Source: Curvularia clavata (taxonomy: Eukaryota). From it: 64,000 bases of DNA. Both the position numbers and the translations under genes were made by a program. Location: assembly GCA_023920165.1 (NCBI GenBank), contig CP089278.1, forward strand, positions 2,170,001 to 2,234,000, read 5' to 3'. The notes under the pieces were generated by a model, which worked only from the letters and a program-made list of their open reading frames with translations, was not told the DNA's origin and made no database searches. Each line of letters opens with the position of its first letter. The stretch's first letter is position 1. Below, piece by piece: positions 12,814-25,269 of the stretch.

Positions 12814-14386
12814 TGATCATGATTGCGATTGTCATGTTTTCTTTTTAATATATTTGGTGGACAGTTTTTGCGCCTCTTCCCCTTGGCTGAGGACTGTATG
12901 TCTTTTTTTGGTCGGCCTCATGCTTGTGTATAGGAAACAGTAACGTTTATACTAGTAAACTCTAGCTGGAACAGCATTTCAATCTTGTTTTCATATTCAC
13001 CCAAGAAGTCGTCCAGAAATTCCACCAACAAAGTCGTTGATATAAAGAGAGAAAAAACCCAACACCCCAGGTGCATTAGGATGTCCATCTAGTCAGCGTT
13101 ATTCCATCATCTAAATTTTTAGAGCGAGCAGATACCCCATCTCTAATACCCGTACTACCGAAAACACTACAGTCGAATAGATTAGGTGACTATCGACAGG
13201 GCTCTAGAGAGATTAAGGTTATGACTGACAAGTAGACTTCATGCTAGAGACGGGCCAGCCCGACTCCCGTTTGTAGCCCTGAGAGGAAGAGTATGCTAGT
13301 ATGCCCCTGTATCAAGAGGAGAAGCAGTTCATCGTTAGCACTTTTACTGACTCGCTTTACCTGACTTCTTCTACCGGAAACAAGCGATGTACAGTACGTA
13401 AGTATAGATTTTCACATGGCAATGTCTTCACAGCTAGGTATTCATTCCCGGTCATCGGGTCCTTGGTCTTACTCGGCAACTCTGACCTTGTCATTTGACA
13501 CAGTCTTGAGTACAGTAGATCAAGATACGTGAACAAAGCTGACCCCACATGCACATGCCCTCCATGCCCTCTCCCATGTGAAAACTTGTTAAAAAGAATC
13601 CACACCCCGCTCAGACAAATCTCACGTTGTCTGACAAATCTGGGCTCAGTTCAGCCGTCCCTCCAGCCCAGCTTATTACCTCGGAGCATCAAAGCAGGCA
13701 ATAAGCTTCTCACAAGCGGGGGGATAAGATCGAAACCATAACGTTGCACTAACGCTGCAGCTATCAATGCGAAATACGTAACCCCCCTCAGCATCCTTCT
13801 ACTAGACTCTTAAGTCCACGCAGCGTCAAAACAAGCGTGTCACCAGCCGCATCAGCGTCAGCGTCAGCGAACCTAGCAAACGTGTTCGAATGTGGAAGAT
13901 TACTTTTCCTTGGGGTTGCACGTGCGGTGGCAGCTCGGCTGAACCCAAAGTGCGAGTGCCCTCATCACACCGCATATGTGTGGCGCGTAGATCAAACGGT
14001 CGGGCAACACACAGAGTAGACTAAACACCATCATTTCCTAGTTTAGTGTTTGGTTTCTTTTTCGAGGGGCCTCTAGAATGAAATGTGATGAGGTGACCTG
14101 GCATCCGATACCCTGGGCTTTGATGGTACAGCTGAGGATAGTGTACTACGCGACGTCGCTGCACCAAGGGCCTGAGGCGGGGGAAGTAGATGTAAGGCCT
14201 CCACGGTTTTTCTGCGTCATGGTAAGGCACCCGGTACAGCGGTGGAGTTGCTTATTTGTTTGGGGGTGGGCACACAGTAATCTATAGTGTGAACATCCCA
14301 ATATATAAGCGCGAGGAGATCGCTGGTTTACGGGCTTCCCTTTGTTTGGAACTTTCGCGGCCTTGGCGTCCGCACTGCGAGGCAAC

Positions 14387-16276
14387 ATGTTTTTCGAATC
14401 GATAACGGCTCGTGCCGACTATAATTTGTTTAGCTTTGAGGGTCTGGCTTGGTCGTGTGCGGCTCTCTTTGCTGTGGTAGGTACATGTTCTTGTTCCCCT
14501 CTTTACTATACCCGAGGCCGAGATAGCTTGTTCGAGGTCTTGTCGGTGTGCGACTTTCTCAGCAGACAACCAACTCTTGTGTAACAAGGACTGTTGTCAA
14601 TAACTCCATTCAGATTACTGCCTTCCTTCTGTACACATGTGTGTACAATCTTTTCTTCCATCCGCTCAAACATATCCCCGGACCGCTGCTCGCACGAGCC
14701 ACTGGCCTTCCATATACCTACAAGGTACGCACTGGTAAGATACACAGCTGGATCCAGGAAGTACATGAGAAATATGGCGAAGCAGTTCGCGTCGCCCCAG
14801 CGGAGGTTTCCTTTATTTCTGCGGAGACAGCGTGGTCAGATGTCTATGGATTCCGTACGGGCAAGTACAAGGACACCGGAGCATACCTGAAGGACCCTGC
14901 CTGGTAGTAAGTTGGTACACGTCCGTGTTCAACATGAGAGAAGAATATTGACAAAGGATAGTACCATGCCCGTCAATGGCGTGAGGTCCATTCTCTCTGC
15001 CGACGAAGAAGCGCACTCGCGTATGCGTCGCAATCTTTCCCACTTATTTAGCGAAAAGTCACTCCGACAACAGGAATCTCTGATCAGAGGTTATGTCGAC
15101 CTTCTTGTTCAACGAATGAGTGAGCACGCTGCTCAAGGGCAGGAAATGGATTTGGTGCGCTGGTTCAGTAAGTGGTAGCTTGGTCGGCTCTTATACCTAC
15201 ACACAACTGAGCCACTGCATGGCAGACTTTACAACGTTTGACATCATATCCGACCTCTCCTTTGGCGAGCCTCTATACTGCCTGCGCGACAGTGAGAACC
15301 ACTTATGGGTCGATTTGATCCTAGCCTCTCTCGCAACCACAGGCCCCTTATCGACACGGAAGAAGTATACTCTTGTCCGACTCTACGACCGCTTGCGCGA
15401 CTTATTCCAGGACACGAGCAGGAACGAGCAGATGCGCATTTCCTTCGCTCGCAAAGCCTCAGAGAAAGTCCAACGACGGCTTGACCAGCTCGAAAATGAT
15501 GGCGACGATGGCAGGCCTGATTTCTTCGGCCAGATCATGCGCACCAAAGGGAGTTCGGAGAAGAAGCTGTCGCGCTTGGAAATGGATAGTAACTCTGTGC
15601 TTTTTTTGGTAGCTGGCAGCGAGACGACAGCGACGGCGCTTTCAGGCTTCACTTACCTCGTCCTGCGACACCCTGACATCCATGCCAAACTCGTGCACGA
15701 ACTGCGGTCTTCGTTTACCTCTCTGGGTGACATCAACGTTGAAAAGGTCGGTAAACTCGAGTATCTCACTGCTTGCATCCAGGAGGCGCTGCGCATGTAT
15801 CCTCCTGTACCGACCGGATTCCCGCGTATTGTGCCAGAAGGTGGTGGCGAGATTTCAGGTCATTATATTCCTGGGGGCACCTCGGTGTATATCAGTCAGC
15901 TTGCGGCATACCAGTCCGAACGCAACTTCAAGGACGCATCGAAATTTGTGCCTGAGAGATGGATAGGCGCGAGCGAGTACGACGCGGATAAGAAGGAGGC
16001 GTATAACCCGTTTAGTTTTGGACCGAGAAACTGCCTCGGAAAAAAGTATGTCTCTCAAACTGTTGTCTTGTTAACTCCTTTGCTTCCGGATAGGCTGCTA
16101 ACCCTTCTCTTTACAGCCTGGCCTGGGCCGAACTCCGCCTCATCATCGCTGCCATCTTCTTCGCCTTTGATCTCGAACTAGTCAACAAGCAGCAAGATTG
16201 GATGGCAGAGCAGAAGCTCGTTACGTTGTGGAAGAAACCAAATTTGATTGTGAGGTTGAAAGCAGTTCAGGAGTGA
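14387..16276 (+). CDS. Cytochrome P450 monooxygenase, CYP65/Tri11-like; 5 exons
   Basis: N-terminal TM anchor, FHPLKHIPGP, HEKYGEAVRVAP.EVSF, NFTTFDIISDLSFGE, I-helix AGSETTAT, K-helix EALR, PERW and heme motif PFSFGPRNCLG. Introns 14477-14613, 14907-14961, ~15168-15225 and ~16046-16116. Confidence 0.92.
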
Positions 16277-19200
16277 GGAGGCGTGGTAAGCAATGAGTTG
16301 TTTTCGTATCTGCGTCATTACGAAACTCTGTAGATTGCGGCGTCTTAGCGAGAGGGTCTTGCAGCTAGTAACTATAAACGAACTACAAAACATGAATAAG
16401 CGTCGTATCTCAGAACATTGAAGATTATTTATCAAGGTTGCTATGTCATAGCTCTGGCGCGACTTCCTACCCCAGAAAAAAGGTATCGCTTCACCCGCGT
16501 CAATAAACCTTAACTTCACAGCAAAGAAGGTTATAAACGACGTTTCTCATCTCAGCGCTAGCGATTCAAATCTCCATCGGTTTAACTTTTACGACCTGCC
16601 AAGTCACCCTTGCCTAAAAACCAACTAAACCCTGGCTTTTGTATTATTTGAACACAATGTCTCTTCGTATCCGTCTCCTTTTCGCTCTTGTTTGCAAATT
16701 GAGCCTGATGTATGATTCTGTGTTGTCTTCACTGAAAAAACTGAAAAAAAAAAACGAAACAAACAATGTCCAGGATGAGTGTGCAGCTACTCCCTTCAAT
16801 CTGGTTGAACTACATTTTACACTCTCTGTAAACAGCACCTGCCGTTCCCTATACCAATGAGCCTGTACCTGACATGTATTTGATGAATACGTGACAACTT
16901 TCTCACATACGCTGCTTGACTGTTAGCTATCTAGACTTACCCTTGGTCTCAGCACCTCTGGTGACGCATGCTCACCCTGGAGTTTTGTTCAAATACAGAG
17001 GAAAAAAGTGGTAATTAGAGAAACAGTCTCATAAACAATTGTAACTCACAGCTGTACATATGTACATGTCTACACCAACACCAGTGACACTGCCTATACC
17101 TCCTCCCCACGCTTACCTTGCCACTGACTTCTTTTTCTTATTGAAAAGACGATCGTGATGTTATTCTTCATGCTAGTACTACACCACACCAGAGACATCA
17201 AAGAACCACAAGCTTTTTCGCTGGCGCACAATGTTAATTAGTACGACAGCAACAAAAGCATCCTGCCATCCTCCTACCCCAGCGAAAAGTGACTTTCCTG
17301 TTGCCTAGTCCACAACTACCACGCAAAGCATTCCTTGATCGTGCATGGAGTCAGCACAAGACCTCCCTCTACTTCACCTTGAGCCAATCGCAACAGTGCA
17401 GTTGCCATTATTACCAAAGTTACCACGTATACGACTACCAGGCGGTAAATGAGAGGTCCGGATATAAGCGGAAGGCGAGTAAGACAATTGTCTACAACAG
17501 GACTGAGTAAGATGGAGACAAGAGAGATAGGTCGCACCGCTAATCAACGCACCCCCGTCTCTCATCCTTTTTACACAGCCCCCCCCACTAATACTGTCGC
17601 CCGCTTACGCATGACGAGTCGCGGCAGGACGAGTCGGAATACCGAACATCCCCTTGGCTTCAATGATTAGACTTCATTAATTTCTTAGTATGTAGCCATG
17701 GTCGACCGGGTATCCGGGATTTTCGGAATCTTTTGCAGTCGCAAAGATTATGCATTAGATCAAGGAGGTCACGGTAAACGGTAAGCCCACACGGAAAAAC
17801 GGTGAGCCCTAACGGCCAGGTGGTTTTTCCCATGCTGGCTCGGATAAATTGAACCTATACAAAAGTACCACACAATACACTAAAAAAGGGTTCTAAGCGT
17901 ATGCGTACACATTATCGTAAAGTGGGCGGCGCGCTATCGGAGCAAACTCCACCAATTGGCTTGGCATTACCTTGAGTTTTTCCTCCCATCCAGTTCCGTT
18001 CCGGGAACGGTGTAGGAATAGCGATAACGCCTCTGGGTGGCGCACGGCTGAAGGAAAGAAAACCACGATATTGGTACGGGTGCGATACGAAGAGAGTGCG
18101 ATGGCGCAGTTCTGGGCTTTGACAAAGAAGCGAGTCGCACGTGGGCCTCCGTCGCTTCCGGTAGACGAGCTGAGAGGGATTTTTGGGCGGAGGGCTAAGA
18201 AATAGCGACCAAGCTGCTTGGTCGTGTCGCATAGGCGACTGGGCATTCTTACTATTTGTTGGCTCAGGAGGAACAAGGGCTTGACTGCTTGGCCCCGATC
18301 AGATGATGGTTTTGTGTGGAGTAGGCTGTGTAAGTGTTTTTGCCACCGCTTGCGTTGTGCAGAAAGGAGGGGGGGGGAGAGGAAGGGCCCCAACCCTAGG
18401 GATAGCTAGGCAGCGGGCCAGAAATTATGCTTAAGTTGCGTTAACCTTATCTGCAAGTCCTTGCAGAAGTAAGCGGATCCCGCTGCGCGCATCGAGCGTA
18501 TCGTATTTTGCGCAGTGCAGAAAAATTTGCCAATGCTTAATGCGGTGATGACTGTGGTCAAATGTGGGTTTGATGCGAGAATCAGAGTTATTTCCACCTT
18601 GTCGTGCAGAGCATCGGGGAGGGTGGAGAAGCCAATGCTGGGCAGGCTTGACAAGTCCGGATGACGCGGCATATGAGCAAACGGGCTGATAAGATGAGTA
18701 ACAAGTGGGTGTAAAGGCGCAACGAGAAAGAAAGAGAGAATACTCTAGGCCAGTCGTTGATACCGCAATCCTGTTTGGTCCTCGGCTGGGCTTGAGTGTG
18801 ACCAGCGCCAATGAGGAACCATTCGGGCCTTTGTCTGTCTAGGGCAGCTGAGACGCTAGGAGCCATGGCGTCTTTGCAGGAGCGACTTGTCCGTAGGCTA
18901 CTGTCTTGGGCAGCTCTGAAGAGATAACTGCGCGTGCGCGTCTTGCAGACGAGTGGCTAGATCGAGATGTAGTACTCAGTTTACGGCGATTACCGGCTTA
19001 CTGTAGAATTTATACGTGGAGTAAGACGATCAGGGTCACAGGCTATGGATGGGTCCAATGGCAAAGAAGGCAGCCGGCGAGTGGACATGGAGCAGGGCTG
19101 GTGTACATACATGGGCAACAAAGTGTACAAGACGGGAAGAAAGGATGGAAGGGCACGGACATTGGTACCGGTTCTGGAAGCGAATTGGCGACGGGCCTGT

Positions 19201-20386
19201 GATACCGTCAGCGTGGATAAGTCGGATGCTTGTGGCATGGTGGTAAGCTTAAACGGCATGCACCAAGCTTGATGCACCTCGGGGCCGAGGAGCTGAGCGA
19301 ATGGGCTGAGTGAGACGAAGCGGACGATTACGTGAATGTGGAGCTGAGTGGACAAGGCTTGCCCAGGGATGGGAGCGACTAGTGAGATGAGCGAGCCATG
19401 TTCCACGTAGGCGATTAGCCTGGGGACGGCAGTTTATCGTAGGCATGTGAGAGAGAGGGATGCAGTGGACGGACGGAGTAGCGGACATGAAGGATATTGG
19501 CCGGGCCATGGATTAAGGTTGGGGGGGAATGTCGTGATTTTGGGCCAAGCAGGCTATTGTAGGCGTGCAGTCAGCTCGACGGCGCCGAGGAGCACGGTAG
19601 TGTTTGGCGGTCTTGGGGAACAGAGAAGCCAAGGGCGCCGGGGCGTGGCAGAGGGAAGAGTGGCCAGACACGGGCATTTGGGACGCCTTGGCTGTGCTTG
19701 GTATATTGAGCGACCAGATGGGCTGCGGCGCCAAGGGGGACAAGACGGATTGACGGAGCGTTTGGACAGGGCGAAGGCTTGGAAGTGTCAGAGCTGGGGG
19801 TGGAGTGGGGCAGCCAAGGTGTTGAAGGCTTGTCGAAAATAAAGATTCGTTTAGAGTTGGCCGGCGCACAAAGCTTGGCCGATCGAGGCCCCGTGGCGCG
19901 GGCAAAGGATGGACGGGGGCGAGGACGCGGCGAGGGTCATGGTGCGAGAGAGTCTGGGGGGGATGCAGTGGTGGTGACGAGGTGAATGGATGCTAGGGCA
20001 GGCAAAGCAGCGCCGGCATTCACAGCCAAGTGGATACATTCACTGGCCGGCGGCGCTGGCCCCCCCGGCCAAAGCTTGTCACGGCTGCTTGTGGACCTTA
20101 TTTCGCTATCAGCCGCCACTCCACGTCTGGGCGGGCGATCAGGACGCGCCATTGCTCCGCCGAGAAAGGGCCAAAAGTCATTTCTGGGCCCAAGCCTGCG
20201 AGTACATGAGTGCCCATGACTGCTGCTGCCTTTGCAAAAGTTTCGCGCCCCGTCCCATCTCTCCCAGTATCAGCCTCCGTCCTCTGTATCCCCTCCCTCT
20301 CCACCTTTTTTCCCACACCATCTGCCTGGCAGTTTCACTTCGCTACCGTTCCACGTCACATCCGCCAGCCCTGTCCTCGTCCCACG

Positions 20387-20521
20387 GTAAGTCTCTGCTT
20401 TTGTTTCGTGTTTCCTGTGTCACACGCTTGCACCCACTCGGCCACACACTACCACACTCCCACAACACACCATCTGCTGCCACGACTAACATCCCTCCGA
20501 CAGCCACCCATGCCCCATTGA
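20387..20521 (+). promoter_or_regulatory. Probable 5'-UTR intron (20387-20503) followed by a 3-codon uORF ATG CCC CAT TGA (20510-20521) in the pac2 leader
   Basis: GTAAGT donor at 20387, ACTAAC branch at ~20485-20490 and CAG acceptor at 20501-20503, all upstream of the main ATG at 20646. Confidence 0.6.
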
Positions 20522-20577
20522 CCTCCATCTGTACACTATCCTGGGACCCTATCGCTACTTAGCACTATCATCGCCAT

Positions 20578-20620
20578 TACCACCACCACCACAACTACCA
20601 CAACTACCACAACTACCACC
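20578..20620 (+). repeat. (CAC)n / (CACAACTAC)x3 short tandem repeat just upstream of the pac2 start codon
   Basis: taccaccaccaccacaactaccacaactaccacaactaccacc read directly. Confidence 0.8.
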
Positions 20621-20645
20621 CTAGTCTCCAACCCACCTCTCCGCC

Positions 20646-22013
20646 ATGGAGACCTATCACGGCCACGTCCGCACTCCCAATGACGCCATTATTCTATTCG
20701 AGGCCTGCCGCATCGGCATATTACCACGAGTCCAGCGCCGCCTGTCCGAGAAGGAGCGCCAGCAGATCAAGTCCGGCTCAGTATTCGTATGGGACGAGCG
20801 CGAGGCTGGCATGAGGCGGTGGACCGACGGAAAATCATGGAGCGCAAGTCGAGTCTCGGGCAGCTTCCTCACATATCGAGAGATGGAGGGCAAGCGAGGA
20901 GGCAGCGCAGTCCCAACTCCGCCCGTGGCCAAGCGGGCAAGCGGCAAGTCGCCCGACGGCTCAGCAACAGGCGACTCTGAAGGCGAAGGACCAGATGGCT
21001 ACCGCTACAAGCCCGACGGTCTGATGAAGCAGTCCTTCAGCATCACCACTCAGAGCGGACAGCACCTCCACCTCATCAGCTACTACTCGCGCTCAAACTC
21101 CAACAACCTCCCCCAGCCTAGCAACGACGCCCAGCTGCGACACATCCGACCCCCAAAGAACATGTACCCCGAGTCTGCAGTCAACGAGACTCAATCTGTG
21201 CCTGCAGTCACTCGCGGCCCCATGCCTGGCTCTCCGTACAACGCACCAGGACACAGCATGGCTCCCTCTTCTCCATATACACGCGGCGGTCCCGTAGCGC
21301 CCATGTACGCAGTCCCGGTTTATCCCCCCACGCCTCCGAATGGCACCTCTCCACTGCACGCATATTACCCCCATCATCCTTACTTCTACCCTGGTGTCGT
21401 GTACGCACAGCCTCCATATCACCCCCAGGCACATGTCTTCGACCGCCCGCCGCCACCTCTCGGACATCCTCACGCTCCCCAAGGCCCCCATCCCGTGCTC
21501 GTGCAGCACCCTGCCTACGCTCATGCCGCTCATGCAGCCCAGCAGTACCTGGCTGCGCCTCCGTTGCGCGCTCCATCTGCAGCTGACCATGCTCAACGTC
21601 CGCAGCATCTTCTCGTCAGTGCACCTGCACCTCCCCCAGCGCCCACAGCTGCCATCCCCGAGCAAGGCCCGCAACTGCCAGCCATCAATGGCGCGGCCGC
21701 CTCAGCAACTGGAAATAGACCGCCAACCCCTGAAACCTCAGACAAGTCAGATTCTCGCCCATCCGAGTCTGGCACAGCCGCTTCTACAGCATCAGCACCA
21801 CCAGTCTCAAGACCACTGCCAACGCTCGATTCACTACTCAACGGTGATAGTCAAAATAAGGAACACCAAAGCAATAGCCGTTCGGGCAGCCGCAGCCCCA
21901 ATACTGCGTCGAGGTTCCCCCGCGACCTGGCACCAGAAAGACTGGCCAAGAACAGCACGGCTGCTGATAGCAGCGCACTGAACAAGCTCAACAGCGTCTT
22001 TGTCCGATCATAG
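20646..22013 (+). CDS. pac2: Gti1/Pac2 (WOPR) family transcriptional regulator, Pac2-type
   Basis: METYHGHVRTPNDAIILFEACRIGILPRVQRRLSEKERQQIKSGSVFVWDEREAGMRRWTDGKSWSASRVSGSFLTYREME and GLMKQSFSIT..HLISYY are the two WOPR boxes, followed by a Pro/His-rich tail. CDS has no introns. Confidence 0.93.
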   Translation: METYHGHVRTPNDAIILFEACRIGILPRVQRRLSEKERQQIKSGSVFVWDEREAGMRRWTDGKSWSASRVSGSFLTYREMEGKRGGSAVPTPPVAKRASGKSPDGSATGDSEGEGPDGYRYKPDGLMKQSFSITTQSGQHLHLISYYSRSNSNNLPQPSNDAQLRHIRPPKNMYPESAVNETQSVPAVTRGPMPGSPYNAPGHSMAPSSPYTRGGPVAPMYAVPVYPPTPPNGTSPLHAYYPHHPYFYPGVVYAQPPYHPQAHVFDRPPPPLGHPHAPQGPHPVLVQHPAYAHAAHAAQQYLAAPPLRAPSAADHAQRPQHLLVSAPAPPPAPTAAIPEQGPQLPAINGAAASATGNRPPTPETSDKSDSRPSESGTAASTASAPPVSRPLPTLDSLLNGDSQNKEHQSNSRSGSRSPNTASRFPRDLAPERLAKNSTAADSSALNKLNSVFVRS

Positions 22014-22876
22014 CAGCGTTGCATTTTCATCGCGCTGAGAGTGTGTCTTCTCTTCTCCACTCCCTTTTTGCACGCGTAATGATTTACTCGCGGCTTCTTC
22101 TTTTTTCTTCTGCTTCTTTTTCCCGAGTCATGGGGTAAAAGTAGTCATTTTCAAGCATTTATGAAACTGCATACGGACGGCGTTTGGGATGTTGTGGCTA
22201 CCATCCAAAATTTAGGACAGCCTGCAAGGATGGGAACACGTGGATTTACTGCATCGGCTTATCATCGGCCTGGCGTCTTCGGGGACATGTTCATCAAAGT
22301 TATTTGCATGGCAGTTTTGCTTGTGGAAAAATAGCCATAGTAGCTATTTAATTTCAATCACATAACTTGTACAAATACATTCGTCGTACTCGTGTGTCCG
22401 TGACTGTGTGCATCAGCGTTTGATGTGCGCAGCGCTTATTTTAGAGTTTTAAACTTGTTTTCATGCTTAGTTCTTTTCCAACCAGGAAACTGCGCTTATG
22501 CCAGGCCTGCTAGCACCGCACCTGACATGACACGGGTGCTACCTCCGTAATCTCTCTTCGTGCCCCACTTTTCCGCAATCAACACACCCTTGACAAGACC
22601 ATCAATCAAACAAACGGACCTAATCAACCTGAAATCCCATTATCCCACTCTCTTCCCCACACACCCTTACTTACCCCCTCGGAATAAGATACGGTGCCCC
22701 AATGTTTCCGAAACCCAGCTTCCGTATCCGGTAAAGCGCCCGTTGTGTCTATCATGTAACCTTTTGCCCCCTGCCTATCGCCATGTAGCATCCGTCTTGC
22801 ATTCCTGATTCGGTCACTGGCGACGATCACTACGTGCTACCCCGCAATGACATGATGAATGCATCTTCGCCCCCGG

Positions 22877-22943
22877 AGATAAGTGATAGAGAGTATGCTC
22901 TAGTCAAGATAAGAGTGGGCTTGTCTTGTCATTTTTGCTTATC
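22877..22943. promoter_or_regulatory. Cluster of four HGATAR (AreA/NIT2-type GATA) sites upstream of the Dal5-family permease
   Basis: AGATAA(G) 22877-22883, TGATAG 22884-22889, AGATAA 22907-22912 and CTTATC 22938-22943, about 240-300 bp before the ATG at 23181. Confidence 0.6.
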
Positions 22944-23180
22944 GAGGACAAGCAAAGTCGCTAAAGAGGAAGTAGACGGGTAATAGCGGAGGGAAAAAGA
23001 AGAGAAAAGGAACCTGGGAGCGAAAGCGGCCTTGGAGAGTTGAATTGGTGTCATCGGGGTGTTGTTGAACAGACTCTCTCTCTCTCTTTCTAGACTTCGG
23101 TTGCGTCACTTATATCCAGTGTATTGGTTCCTCGTCTTTTGTTTCTCAAGGGACTGGACACGAGGCGAAACACATCAGCC

Positions 23181-25089
23181 ATGGCATCCGCGACTGCAGC
23201 GCCAATGCCTGCCACAGATGTAGAGAAAGATGTTGTGGTGGAAGACACGGCAACGAAGGCGCCTCCAAAGGGCGTTCTGTCGGAGAAGCTGTTGAAGCAC
23301 TCGCACGATGCAGACGCTGCGATGAAGGCGTTTGAGGGCATGGAGGGCCAGGTGATTCATCTCACCGAGGAAAAGAGCAAAGCTTTGCTAAGGAAGATTG
23401 ACTGGCATTTGATGCCTGTAGGTGTCCTGTTTTCTCCAAACACGTCCTGGATGGCCCTGGGCTTGGTTCCACTGGGTTATTGCTAATGTTGTACAGATCA
23501 TGTGTATTGTCTATGGCCTGAACTACCTAGATAAAACAACGCTTTCATACGCCAGTATCATGGGTCTCAAGCTTCCGCCATCCAGCGACCCCCTACACTC
23601 CGGAATCGGACTCACAGGGGACCAGTACTCCTGGCTCGGCAGCATGTTCTACTTTGGGTATATTGTGTGGGAGTATCCTACGTCACGTCTGTTGCAAGTC
23701 TTGCCGTTGGGAAAGTATTGTAAGCATCCCTCCAATAAACCGAAAACAAGTCCAAAGAGGTAATTGTCCATATACTAATAAGTCATCTGAATAGCCGCTT
23801 TTAACATCATCATCTGGGGCATCATCCTAGCCTGTTTCGCTGCCGTAGAGAACTTCGCCGGCGCCGTCGCCATCCGCTTCTTCCTCGGCGTCTTCGAAGC
23901 AGCCGTGACCCCCGGCTTCGCCCTCTTCACCTCGCAATGGTACACCAAGAAAGAGCAAGGTTCCCGCACCGCCATCTGGTTCAGCTTCAACGGATTCGCC
24001 CAGATCTTTGGCGGCTGCCTTGCTTACGGTATCGCTGTCGGCTGCCGAAAGTCTGGCACTTCGATCGAGCCCTGGAAGATTGTGTTTCTGGCCACGGGCC
24101 TGCTGACGGCAAGTGCAGGCGTCGTGTTCTTGTGGATTGTCCCGGACAACCAATTGAACTGTCGGTGGCTGAGCGAGGAAGACCGCGTGTTGGCAGTTGA
24201 GCGCATCCGAGTGAATGCTCAGGGTGTGGGCAACAAGCATTTCAAGTGGTACCAGTTGAAAGAGGCACTGCTGGATCCGCTCAGCTGGGCCTTTTTCTTC
24301 TACGCTCTCATTGCCGATATTCCCAATGGCGGCATCAGCAACTTCTTCTCTCAGCTCATTGTAGGCTTCGGATACACGCCTGAGCAATCCCTACTCTACG
24401 GCACTCCTGGTGGGGCTGTAGAAGTCGTCTTTTTGCTCGCGTGCGGCTGGGCAGGCGATAGGTACGGGTACCGCATCCTCATCTCCATGATAGGGCTCTG
24501 CACCGCTATTCTCGGCATGGTGCTCATTGTTGCGCTGCCCTTGTCAAGCAACTCCGGGCGTCTGGCGGGATACTATCTGACGCAGGCGAGTCCTACGCCT
24601 TTCGTGGCGCTACTTAGCTTGGTCGCGAGTAATGTGGCTGGGTACACGAAGAAAACGACGGTTGCGGCCATGTTTCTGATTGGGTATTGTGTGGGAAATA
24701 TCATAGGTATATCCCCTTACTGATCCAAGATGACAAGTGAATTCCAGAACTAATAAGTATTCTCTTCCAGGCCCCCAGACCTTCCGTCAAAGCGACGCCC
24801 CACGTTATGTCCCCGCTGAAGTCACCATCATCGTCTGCTGGGGCGTTTGCCTGGGTATCCTTGCCTTTATCCATTTCTACTGCGTGTGGCAGAATAAGAA
24901 GAAGGCACAGATCCGAGCGTCACCCGAGTATGTGAGGTTGGAAAATCAAGAGTGAGTTTCCCTCTCTTTCTCCTATTTCCCTTGACTTTTCTTCTCAGTT
25001 GGGCGTCGTGTATGCTGACTCATTTCCTCGCATTCAGATGGCTTGATCTCACAGACAGAGAGAATCCCGAGTTTGTTTATACTCTTTAG
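23181..25089 (+). CDS. MFS allantoate permease family (Dal5-like) transporter; multi-exon
   Basis: LLRKIDWHLMP, YLDKTTLSYASIMG, YSWLGSMFYFGY..WEYP, RFFLGVFEAAVTPGF...SQWYTKKEQGSR, DIPNGGISNF, SNVAGYTKK, YCVGNIIGPQTF..DAPRY and terminal WLDLTDRENPEFVYTL*. Confidence 0.92.
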
Positions 25090-25269
25090 ATGTTCAGAAG
25101 ATGTGTATATGTTAAACAGAGCAGTAGCGCTATCACACTACACACCCAAGTTACCAGATATCCTCCAATCAAACATGACAAATCAAAAACATACACATGA
25201 AGAGAAAAGAACCAAAAGCTCATGATATTTCATTTCCACCCACCCTTGAAACCCCGGTTCTCACACCAT

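Noticed and set aside
13243..13277. Imperfect hairpin GCTAGAGACGGG...CCCGTTTGTAGC
   Set aside because: A single ~12-bp stem with mismatches and no ncRNA boxes, terminal repeats or second copy; compatible with chance.
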